This document shows positions 52,752 to 64,000 of a stretch of 64,000 nucleotides of DNA, in pieces. Numbering within the stretch: position 1 is the first letter of the stretch; every line of letters begins with the position of its first letter. The notes under the pieces are model-generated. The model saw only the letters and a program-made list of their open reading frames with translations, ran no database searches and had not been told where the DNA came from. Origin of the DNA: Trichosphaerium sp. ATCC 40318 (taxonomy: Eukaryota > Protista > Tubulinea); assembly GCA_038496445.1 (NCBI GenBank), contig JALMLS010000179.1, forward strand, positions 310,001 through 374,000, read 5' to 3'. Position numbers and translations under genes: made by a program.

Positions 52752-52825
52752 CGCAATATGTTTTTATCAATCCTGTCACACCTTTCTAGATAAGGTTTCT
52801 TGACAGTAAATCATCTAACATTGCA
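52752..52825 (-). promoter_or_regulatory. Type II SECIS element in the MsrA 3' UTR
   Basis: Minus strand reads UGCAAUGUUAG-AUGAU-UUACUGUCAAG-AAA-CCUU AUCUAGA AAGG-UG-UGACAG-GAU-UGAU-AAAAACAUAUUGCG. This gives helix I, the AUGA/GA core, helix II (CUGUCA/UGACAG), AAA 11 nt after the core and an apical CCUU/AAGG mini-helix. Confidence 0.9.
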
Positions 52826-52862
52826 AAAAGCATTCACTGTTTTTCTTTGTTATACAATTCAG

Positions 52863-53969
52863 TCAGTCAGAAGAGCGAACCAACTTTTTTACTTTGTGGG
52901 GCATCTTTAGCTCAAAGATTTCTTTCTGAAGATAATCCTTATCGGCGTATTCGTCGCAAAAACCTGAGGCTAATCTAAAAAAAGTCTTAGAAACCGAAAC
53001 AATCACGTGTATTTTGAGTGAAGTTTTTTTATATTTCAAACAAAAGTTAAGGATGTTGTCATCCCTTGCTTATGCTTTGTTTGTTTATTATTATATTAAT
53101 ACATACCCATTTAATTTACATGCGAGTGGAGACAAAACCATTTGTCTATCGCTCAAACCAGCTGCGGAATACATTTTTTTATTTCCTCTGTTTTAAACCA
53201 ATTAGTTCGGATTCTTTTTATGTTTCACTATTAGTTACCTTAAGTAATATTTTTGGTGGTAGGGCTCAGCATGAGTCCACAGTTTTGATTTTTCAATGTC
53301 AGTATAAATTTTCTTGCCAAGCGCTTTCTAAGTTTTGGTTGTTAGCTTTGAAACAATAAAACCGTTCAGTGTACCTGACGCTCTTTCTTTGACTTTTTGG
53401 CAATCTCTTTTTGCTCAGCGTTGTGATAGTATATAGCAGATCTATATTGACGCCCTCTTGGATATGAAGCAGTATGTGTTTGCCAAAAAATTTCGAGTAG
53501 CTTTGAGTACGATGTCTACAAAACAAGTAAGTTTCTTTTTGTTACTTTTTATCAAAAAAAAAGAGAAGGACAAAAAAAAAACAATCACATACAACGTTTG
53601 TGTCATACTCAATTCTAATAGACTCAGTATGGTCTCCCATAGTTCTGTAAGATGGATTTGCCATGTTACCACCTGTGTAGCTGCGAGAAATGTGAGCTTT
53701 TATATTTTGATCTAAAAGAGTTACATACCCAACAGTTGTCGTGACTACGCCCGGAACGCAACCAAAGATAGCGTCCGGGGTCCAAAATCAACCTAAAATA
53801 GGTAAGCGGGTATCTTTGAAGTATTGTCCGCATTCTTCCGTTAAAAGCGAGTGTCAAATGCTTTAGGCCCATGTTGGTACGTACCAGTAGCGAAAGAGCA
53901 AACTTCAATGTCCATTGGCTTCTTAACCTTATAGGACTTGGATCGCTTAAGATTAGTCGACGATCTCAT
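52863..53969 (-). CDS. msrA: Selenocysteine-containing peptide methionine sulfoxide reductase A, 7 exons (about 219 aa)
   Basis: Exons 53969-53885, 53792-53729, 53680-53593, 53515-53375, 53327-53239, 53187-53107 and 52974-52863 total 660 nt. They give FATG-U-FWTPDAIFGCVPGVVTTTVGYTGG...GDHTES...QYRSAIYY...AEPYHQKYYL. TGA at 53790-53788 occupies the catalytic GCFW position. Confidence 0.95.
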
Positions 53970-54435
53970 ACCTTAGTTGTGTTTATGATAGTTGTAAAGT
54001 GAAATAACGTCAAAAACATGACTTATGGCGGACAAATGGTCTAACTTAACCTTGACGTCAAATAGCGAACGAAAACTGCTGTTTCGTTGTCCCTTCCCAT
54101 AATATCCACTAGGTACTCATATGAAATGATGTCATCCATACTCGCACACTTCACTAATCGAGTCTTTCGAGAAAATAACGACACTTCTTTAATCTTTTTT
54201 TCTGTTGAGTATTTCTTCCAAAAGTCTCCTAACATGATGGTTCGCTGTTTGTTTTATTTACAAGTCCAAAAAGACATTTATCGATACTTCGTAGTACCAA
54301 GAGAAAAGTAGAGGGTATTTACAAAACGGAAGTACCAACGCCGCTACACGTCGCGTGACGCACTTCGAAAAAATACTACGCGTAGCTAGGCAACAAAGTT
54401 TGTTTCTGGTGACATTATACTGCGGTTCTTTTGAG

Positions 54436-57087
54436 CTACAAGGAAGTTAGGTGCACAAAGTTCCAATGTGCATCTAGCGTACATGTCATAGATGCTACTA
54501 TATCGTCTGGGAGATGTAATAAAGGTAACTGCGTAGTAGGTAGCTGCAAATCAGTGCAGTAATGATTTATAGTTGCCGCTAGTTCTCCAGTACTTCCGTT
54601 CCACCTACAAGAGTCTCATTAGTCCTAACCCTAACAAAGCCTTTTCATGTTTACCAAAATGGTACGGGAACAAGTGTTAGCCCTGCGCAAGATGTTAACA
54701 AGGGGGTGATAACATAACAAAAAATGCGTTACCTGATGCTTTACAGTGTACTTTTTTCTCAGTGTCTGATGCCTCGTATACTGTTGTTGGACTATTATAC
54801 GGTAGCACAGAATGATAGTGATGTTCTCCTATTGTAAGTATGAATAACTGAGGAAAAAGGTTCAAGTACCTTGATACTCAAAGGCGATATTGTGCTGAGG
54901 AAGGAAAATGTCAATTGTTAACCTTGCGCCAGTCTCAAATTGAACACCGATGCAGTGTTCCTCTTCAACCCGTAGACCAGGAAAAATGAGCTTTATCGCG
55001 TGTAATAATGCTCTTATTTAATACTAGTTAGATACGATAACTGAGGCAACAACGAAATGACAAAATAAAGAAATATTATTTTTTGATTAAAAAGCACATA
55101 CTGTTGATTAGCGCGCTTAGCTGTTACAGCAAATGCTTTCCATTTCCATGAGAAATCAGGGTAAATTCTCTTTAATATTTTTGGAAAGTAAGTGAGTAAC
55201 CCACGGCCACCCATATTCTGGAAGTGTTCATCAGAGACACGATACCTATTAATAATTTGAAAAAAAAGACAGAAAAAAAGAAGAAAAAGCGTGAGATTGC
55301 CATAGAAAATAGGAAAAAAAAAAATAGCTAATATTTTTCAGACAGTCTATTTACCATTGCTCAGGTGATTGTATAACATATTTCTTAGCAACATTTTCTA
55401 AAAAAGTTATCTGATTTGTGTACTCTTTCCAGTATCCTCTAGGTCGCATTGGTTTGCTAAGTAGGACTAATTAGCATTTGTACGCTTTTCAAAAAACCAA
55501 GTACATCGACCATTTGTAATTAGGATACAGAGATTTTAAGGTTTCCTCTTTTGTGTTGTTATTCCTAACGTAAATAAAAAATTAACTACTCCAAACCTTC
55601 ATTTTTTTGTAAAACCTCACAACGCACCAGTAAAATACTTGTGATCCACCATATGCTTTCATATCATCTGTTACTATATCCTCCCATTCGTCAAATGTAT
55701 GTATTTCGAGTTTTTCACCAATACGCTCGAATTGAGCTCTTTGATTGTTTATATCTCGCCAATATCCACTTGGCATAGAAACTCTTGTTTAAGGGCCGTC
55801 AATATATTTATTTTTGAACAGATTACTCACCTGAATTCATTGATATCCCAATCATATTCATTGTATATAGTACGCACCATATCCCTAATAATCATTCCGT
55901 ACCTAAACTTCATCAAAAAAACTTTACAATTTATGTTTTTTTCATGACAAATTATCTCAGAGAGAACTACGTACTTGCGCAACACATGAGCTCCTCCCTT
56001 ATTTATAATCTGTTTGTGACTTATTTTATACCATGAATCAAAGGTCATGATTCTTAGTTTCTCTGCTACCCGTTCAATGTACTTTTTTTGATTTTCAACC
56101 AAAAACTTTGGTACTTTCTTTCTACTCACAATCAGCAGCTCATGAAAAAACATTTTTTGTCGTACACTGGTTTATCACGTGACCAATCATTTTCGGGATA
56201 TACAAACTTAAGTACACTGATCAAATCACCAAACCTTTACTTGTATCAACAAAACGCTTAAGGCCTAACAACGGCATACTTGCTCAAAATTTTTGAACCA
56301 CCTGCCTTAATAATATCAAAGGCGTCACATCGTAGCCAGTCATCTGGAACGAATACACGTAATTCCTCAGCCATGGCTTCAAATTGCTGAAGATAAGAAA
56401 CTTCTTCCTCCCAATCGAACTGAGGAAACACTTCACGCAGAACATCTATGACTTCAACTGTATTTCTATGGTTGATCTTTTAGCATCAAGAAAAAACGCC
56501 ATTAAGCTTCTTCACATACCCTGGAGGACCTCCAAGAGTAGAGACACGGACACGAGCTATGCTCCACCAATCCTTTGCAATCTTTATGTTTGATTCAAGA
56601 GCAACCTTGTCTAACCACTGCATTTTAAATGCTAGGTTGTCATTGAACTTGTATCGAGCCCATTCATGTTTTGGGTAAGCAAAAGCCATCACTTCTGGCA
56701 AAGAACCATGTCTTTGACATGGTAAGTATTACATTATTGATGCAATTTGTACGTTGCCATTAGTGCGCGACCGTCTGTCCGTTTAAAGTCTGCGGGTGTA
56801 ACTTTGTACCATTCATCTAGAACTTTAACGTTCAGATGTCTTGAAATATCATTTAGTAGCGTCAAAGCATCGCATGGCTGAGAATGGCACCAGCGAACTG
56901 TAATACGGCTTTGTTATGTGTTAATAAGGCACTGGGGCGTAGTGACGCACAGTGTAGATCGACTAGTACCAAACTGTCGTGTACAATGAAACGCATTTTG
57001 TAACGTCGCTAAAATCACTTAGATGGTCCAAATAGTACTCAAGGCGCGTATAGAGCGCGTACGTTTGTATCTAAATGTTGTGCGCAT
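54436..57087 (-). CDS. Helical Trp-repeat protein (6 repeats) with C-terminal RAP/PD-(D/E)XK-like nuclease domain and putative mitochondrial presequence
   Basis: Repeat pattern NQxxFxxxxAxxLxIxxxDxWYxI...GG...LxxxYPxxxW. C-terminus IDIFLPQHNIAFEYQGEHHY...DTEKKVHCKASGLTLVPVPFWW. N-terminus MRTTFRYKPTLQNAFHCTRQFVRWCHS. Confidence 0.8.
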
Positions 57088-57271
57088 ACAATGACGCAGG
57101 ATGATTTATTTCTCGTATTTATTCCAAATGTATTTCATTGTTACGTTATACAGCCTCTGGCCAAGCAAATGGTACTGAAAAAGATGACAGTGACTTAAAA
57201 ATCCAAAATAAGTTTTATTGACTTGCGCTTGGCATACACGGCTGACGCAGCCACGCTCGTTTGCATAAAAG

Positions 57272-60015
57272 ATGAAGAGAAAGCAGTCCACCGCACCAAC
57301 CGCCCACGACGCCAAACGAAGGCGTCTCTATAAGAGCGTATGTTTTACACCCCTGTGAGAGTATTAACAAGCAATAGAGTGCTACAGAAAGTTTACGCGC
57401 CACTCTTAGCGCCACACCTCTTCAAGCATTACAATTTGGTCACTATTTAAAGAAAATAGGCAAATTAGACGTACGTTAATAAAATTGTAGTTACCTTTTT
57501 AATTTTCAAACAGGCTTGGCTCGAGCATGATAGAGTACAAGCTAGCGTTATCCTGCCAATAGAAATACAAGGTATTTCGAAAATACGACATTTAAAAAAC
57601 CCTTCTTGAAGTTTGAAGTTTGTCGCGATATTGACACCTTGTTGTTTAGGTCCTCCTGTAGACTACACAACTATCCTTCCACAGGAAATACATGCACATA
57701 TATTTAACTATGTAGAGCAAAAACAACTACCATTCTGCGCACAAGGTACCCTCATATATAGCGCTAACACATAACATTATTTGTTGGTGAAATAAAAACC
57801 GACTCCCTGTATTACATGCACAATCTTTTCTAAAATTGCGTGTAGTTTCTAAATCATGGCGTAAACTTGCATACGAAAGCGTCACGTCGTTTACACTTCG
57901 ACAAGAGTGTCATATAAACTTGCTACCTCACTTGAAGAACCTACGACGCTTGGAAGTCCACTCAGAGTCCATACTTTTGATTTTACTTGAGGCGAAAGAA
58001 ATATGTAAAAAAGTATTTAAAACTATACAACGTCTTCAACTAGAGGTATGTAATTTAACCCTCTAAAGCTATTACAAGCGTCTCAAGCAAACTATGTAGT
58101 TGAGGCTTATTTTAGAAAGACAAAAAACCGGAATTGTTGGAAAAATCATAAACACTAACGGTTTTTTTACTAGGTTCAAGGCCGTCTCTTTGCTGCTATA
58201 TCTATCCTCCTTACAGAATATGATAAGTTTCCGTTCTCAATAGAATCAGTACGTGTAATAACTGTCTACACAGTACCCTACTCATACTGCTGTTCAAAAA
58301 AAATAGAGTGAAACACTTTCAATACAACGAAGTTTGCTATCGCTCCCTGAAAAAATGCCTAAATTCTCTATCAACGTTTCAATGCTCAACTTTCATTACC
58401 CAAACCTTCAATACGTACATCAATTCAACAGACAGTTTCATCCTATCGGCGATGAAGCGGCACCTCAGCGCCCTGAATTTGTCGGAATGTGGCAACCTCA
58501 AGTTGTGGGTGGTAATGATCCTCTTCACGCCATGTTGCATGCTGCTTTGGATAATGTTGGTCAAATAAATGGGATGGAAGCACTCGGTGGAGAGTTTGGG
58601 TTTGCTGTTCCTGGAGTTAGGCCTACGGTTAATGAGGAAGCAGGGAATAATGAAGGTGTTGGAGAGTTTTTAAAAAGTATGGAAGGCATGGCAAAGAAAC
58701 AACGTATTGTTGTTGACTCTGATGTATTTTGTGCTTTTCATACACAATTACAGAAGGCAAAGAATTTGGAGATATCTATTTTTGATAAGTCGAGGTCTCT
58801 AGAGTACGTCTAGCAAACTTTTTTTGAAAATTATTTTGAAAAGGGTTCATTTGTGGTTTTTGGGGTTTTTTTTTCTTTCGCGCACGTGACCCGAAACTTA
58901 ATGTTTTTGGGTTAATTTTTGTTTATAGGAAGTTTGTGTTGAAGGATAAGAGTGTATTCCAGAATGTAGTTCGCGTTGATCATAGCCCTAATTTCAACAA
59001 TATGCATCTGTATTTTCCAAACTTAACACATCTCAAAGTTACAAAATTTGGGAAATTTGGTTTGAACAAGATTGAGCATCTGACTCGGTTACGTGTGTTA
59101 GAGATTATGAATGTAGACGCTACAGATGTACAGTTACCTCAAACACTCACTCAGTTATGTATTTATGGGTACGTGGCATGATACCGGAGAATTTTTTTTA
59201 TCCCATCGTAACATTTTGTAGAGGTCATTTCTCTTCTCCTTTTATTCGACACCCACCTGATGTAGCACAGTTTGAACGTACTATGAAAAAACAAGAGAAA
59301 AAAATTCTTGAGTTTACGAGAGAAACATTACCACGTGCTTCAAACCTAAAGACTTTGAAGTGTCTATGTGTGCCAGGTACGCATGCAATTAAACAACAAA
59401 AAAATCCCCAAAACACACAATTTGTCTTTTACTGAGAGTGCCCGTTTTTTTTACTCTCTCGTTTCACTAACGTCTCTTTTAACAATAGGTATAATCAAAG
59501 CTATTTCTCAAAGTACTTCTGATTTTATAAACCTCCATAGTCTCGCTATAGAGCTACCAAATAATCCAACGATAGCAAAGTTTACAAAGAGTTTGAAAGA
59601 AACAGATTTGGTTTTTTTGAAAGATATTAAGAATCTCAGAAAACTTTCTCTTCCTTATACTGATTCAAAGCTTTATCATCGTACAGATATATTCTCAGAA
59701 CTTAAGCATCTTGTATGCTTACGATTTAACTCATACGTCGACTCTCTTCGATACAACAACAACAAGGTACACGAAGAAGAACTCACAATGAGTCAACTTT
59801 TTGATTTTTTGGCTTGTATGCCAAAACTTCGAACTTTTGGTCCTCCTCATGTTCATGCTATGCCTTTCTTTGTTGATGGCGGTCAGTATTCGGGTGCCAC
59901 TGGTAAATTAAATGATATTGAAGTTATATGCACTAGTATGGGTATAAAACTAGAGGGAAGTAATCCTTTTGATAGAAGAGAGTGGGATGATGGTTATGAG
60001 AACTTTTTTTGGTAG
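57272..60015 (+). CDS. F-box / leucine-rich-repeat protein, multi-exon
   Basis: TILPQEIHAHIFNYV...CAQVSKSWRKLAY (F-box) and repeated LxxLxxLxL motifs. Confidence 0.8.
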
Positions 60016-60262
60016 CGTAACCAATCGGTAGCTCTGGAAGACTTAAAAAAAAACCGCAAAATAAGAAAAAAAAGAAAAACATTGATTGTAAGTAGTGAAT
60101 AGACACAAATAATTTTTTGAGTATTGTATACGTTTGGATATGGTATAGATGTTGTTGTGATAGAGAGATACGAGTTTATCCGGCTATCTGGAGTTTGACA
60201 CTCAAGTTCCTTTTTCAGTTCAGTAATTATAAGCTCAAAGCTATTTGTAACGCTTGGTGGTT

Positions 60263-63200
60263 ATGTCTTCTATTGGCATTAGCTTGCAAAGGCTCAAGGA
60301 TTTATTGATTAAGAGGACAACGTATAAACATGTCGCTGTTGGTGGTGTGGTCGTGTTAGGAGTTGTATTTTCGTTTTTAAAAGGTTTGGGAATGAAAATG
60401 ACGACGGTATGCCCAAAAATCCCAATACAAGTAAAGTTTGTTTAACTTGGCTATTTACAGGATAAGGATGAACAATCAAAGACCAAGTCAAAGAAATCGA
60501 GGCGTCCTGCCGTGAACAGCGAGTTTTTTAAACGTTTGTACAAGTTTTTACCAATCCTCATCCCTGGCGTATTTTCCAAGGAATCCTTGTATATGGTCGT
60601 GATCGCAGTCGTTCTATCGGTGCGTGGCAATACTTGTGCTATTTTCCGCTCAGGATTTATCGAAAATCGCGCTCCACGCTCGGACTACGCTAAGAAAGTT
60701 TTAGACGCGTACATTCCTCGATCTATGGTTAATCAGAAATAACGCCGATGTTGTATTGGCTATTCAAGAGCGTAACTACCCAAAGTTCATCCAACGCGTT
60801 GTATACGAGTTCGCTGTTATGCAATTTTTCATCTCGTTCATCAACAATACGCTCAAATACTTCACTGACAACCTTTCCTTGTCGTTCAGGTATGATACGC
60901 CGCTCTTATAGCGCAAGCTGACGTTTCTAAACTCAAACCACTTTAGACGTAATCTAACAAATCACTACCATGCAAACTACATGAAAGGCTTTACTTCATA
61001 CTCAGTATCGAATTTAGACGGCCGTACGAACAACCCTGATCAAATTATCACCCAGGTACGTTTTTTGCTGAAAAAAAGGCAGCTACCGCTAAATGAGTGC
61101 TATTCAAATGCATTATTGCACTTTTAACGCTAAAACATGTTGACAATTATTTTTACAGGATGTTCAAAAATTTTGTGAGAGTTTGAGCATGCTCTACACT
61201 AATGTCACCAAACCGAGCTTCGATGTTATTCTTTTCTTCTCTCGTTTGGTAACAAACTTTGGATGGAAGGTACTTTACACTATCATTACACTATTGGCAA
61301 TAGTAATGTAAAACAACGAACCTAACACTGTATTTATAATAGGGACCAAGTATGATGTTGTCATACTTTATCTGTGCGTTTTTTTTGTGATTTCCTCTTC
61401 ACAGCTCCCTCTTTACATAATTATCTTACTGTATTTAGTCGCTGGATACTATATGACATTACTCCGTACACCGTTCGGTAAATTTAGCGCAAAGTATGCG
61501 AAGAAAACTTACGGAGGCTGTTGACTAAATTTTCTTTTTAGAGAAGCTGAACTTGAAGGTGACTTCCGTTTTGCTCACTCGAGAGCCATTACGTACTCTG
61601 AGGAAATTGCCTTTTACAAGGGTAGCGACAAAGAACGCTCTACACTCAGGAGCGCTTTCACAAAATTATACAGACACTGTGGTCGTTACATCACCTTCAG
61701 AGCTGTTCTTGGGTATGTTTCTTGCTTTAGTAAATTTTCTGACACGTGCCTTTTTAGATTCTTCGACTCTTGTATTACCAAATACACTGCCACCATACTT
61801 GCTTACTTTATTGTAACACAACCTATCTTCGATCCAAAGAATGACGCCAGATAGTACGTAAAGAAATTGCTGTTTTAAGTGTTTTGTGTTAATTTATTTT
61901 TTAGTGTTGCTGCTTTGGGAGGTAATCCAGAGGTGATTATTCAAGATTACACACGTTATATTCGTCTCCTCATTGCCCTTGTCACTGCTGTTGGTAGATT
62001 GGTAGATTCTGGACGTGAACTCGCCAAATTAGCTGGTTACACTGCTCGCTTACATGACTTCAGTTCTGTTCTTGAAGATGTCCGCAATGGTATGAATTAT
62101 ACATTTCGGTGTAATCTCTGAAATACCCTTTAGGAAAGTTTGTTCGGTCTACAGTAAAGACTGAAGAAGGTGATGATAAAACAGAAAAATTAGACGTTTC
62201 TGAAGCGAAAGGAAAGTTAGTAGAGCTTGACCAAACACCACGTGCGTAAATCTATCTTAGCTTGTTATTGTTTTGTTGTTTGAAGGCGTTAGCTGACTTT
62301 TTTTTTCTACTTTAGCTGTTATTGAGTTCGATCAAGTACCAGTCGTCACACCAAATGGAGATATACTCGTACGATGTACGTGTTGTCAGATATTATTAGC
62401 AGACTTAATTCATTGAATTTTTTTTATTGATTTCTATTATTAGCACTTTCATTCAAGATAAAGGCCGGTATGAATTGTCTTGTTGCTGGACCAAACGGTT
62501 GCGGTAAATCATCGCTATTCAGAATCCTTGGTAACTTGTGGCCGGTATACTCTGGAACCGTACGACGCCTTCTTTTCGCAAAAGAATAATTTCTTAACCG
62601 ATACTTTTTAGGTAACTCGTCCAAGTGGTAAGAACTTGTTTTATGTTCCACAGTACGTCATATCTTTGTTGTGCTTGTGTTTACTGTTTTTTGTAGAAAA
62701 CCATACCTCACTTTGGGTACTCTCCGAGACCAAGTTGTATACCCTTGGTCTTGGGAAGAAGCCTATGAGAACGGTGTTACACAGAAATACTTGCACGAGC
62801 TTTTCTTGATTGTAAAATTGGATCATGTTGTAGAACGTGAAGGTGGATGGGAAGCAAAACAAGATTGGACCGACGTATTATCCGGTATGCTTTATCACCA
62901 AATATAAGGCGACAACCAAAACCCCAAAAACGTCAAGAACCCATTTGGCTTTTGTATTTTTTTTGTTTGTTTCAAGATTGGGTTGTTGAGCATTTTAATT
63001 ATCTTTTTTTTTGTCTCTAAAACTGATGGTTTAGGTGGTGAGAAGCAGAAGATGGCCATGGCACGTTTATTTTTACATAAGCCACAATTCGCAATTCTTG
63101 ATGAATGTACCTCTGCAATGAGCGTAGATGTTGAGGTATGTCTTTCTTTCTATTTGATCTGTTCTTGGAGCCTTTGTTGCGAATCTATGACTCATTCTAT

Positions 63201-63465
63201 GTATTAGGGCGATACTTATAATCACTGTAAGAAGCTAGGAATCACTCTATTTACTGTATCCCATAGGTATGTGCCAAAGACTGCTAAGTTTTGTTTTTTT
63301 TGTATTTTCCAGCATTGTGGTTCGCTTGTTTTCAGCCCTTTTGACACTTTATTTAGAAAGAGCTTATGGCAATACCATGATTATGTAATTATGTTTGATG
63401 GTCGTGGTTCAGTAGACTTCAAGAATATTGATCACTCCAACAATGAGGACTTTTTTGGTAGTTAA
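60263..63465 (+). CDS. Peroxisomal ABC transporter, ABCD family (PMP70-like)
   Basis: [22 protein letters not shown] (EAA motif), [14 protein letters not shown] (Walker A), [15 protein letters not shown] and [14 protein letters not shown], ending FFGS*. Confidence 0.95.
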
Positions 63466-64000
63466 AGAAAAAGACAAAAAGTTCAGTATATTTGCTTTAG
63501 TTCAAAAAATGAATGACTCCCCCCTATATTAACAAACCAATTTCCGTACACAACAGCGTTGTATAAATAAAGCATAGTCTCGTATAAAAACAACTTATAA
63601 AAGGCGAATATGGTGATTGTACAGGCAACAAGTTAGTTGATGCTAAAAATGATTAAACAGTTAAGGCGCCCTTAAGTCAAGTTGTCGAACTAACGCGTTA
63701 ACTTTCAATCAGTACGGTCAAACACGTGACGCTGTTATCATAATCTCAACGTACGTCAGTTCGGAAATCCAATACAAAGATTTCAAGGTTTAAAAAGTGC
63801 ACTGATTTAAACCAATGTTAGTCTTTTTCTTCGGTTTCTCGAACATCTACAAAATGGCCATTCAAAAGTATCCTCCAACAATCTTGATTTGATAAAACAA
63901 AAGAGTTTGTTTACATGACATCAGCTTTTTTGTTTCTTGCATACCATTCCAATTTGCTTTGTTGTACTGACCTTCATACAGTTGCGAATATCAAAATTGA

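Noticed and set aside
53046-53053. U12 branch-like TCCTTAAC in the last MsrA intron
   Set aside because: The donor is GTATGT (U2-type) and the motif is about 70 nt from the acceptor.
63640-64000. Possible 5' part of another gene at the window end
   Set aside because: Splice-like signals are present (TACTGAC...CAG), but I could not assign a start or product.

Overview
Compact, AT-rich, intron-rich eukaryotic nuclear DNA, most likely an amoebozoan protist (amoebozoan-type RWP-RK factor, full-length alpha-actinin, ANK-TBC and PA-7TM proteins). It holds about 30 genes with short GT-AG introns (mostly 40-130 nt) and several head-to-head gene pairs. The genetic code is standard. The supplied ORF track shows only exon fragments, so I assembled the gene models by hand from splice sites and protein motifs; exon ends marked uncertain are approximate. 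Main signals not visible in the ORF track: (1) a 7-exon selenoprotein MsrA (GUFW, in-frame UGA at 53788-53790, minus strand) with a clear type-II SECIS element in its 3' UTR; (2) a U12-type minor-spliceosome intron at 11161-11223; (3) a probably mitochondria-targeted protein with six ~60-70 aa Trp-containing repeats and a RAP/PD-(D/E)XK-like nuclease domain; (4) an intronless C-lobe-only pseudokinase facing a small RVxF-containing ORF with a similar N-terminus; (5) a decayed, intronless MORN-variant (YwqK/giant-virus-like) pseudogene next to an intronless membrane-anchored 2H phosphoesterase. I found no rRNA, tRNA, CRISPR array or intact transposon.
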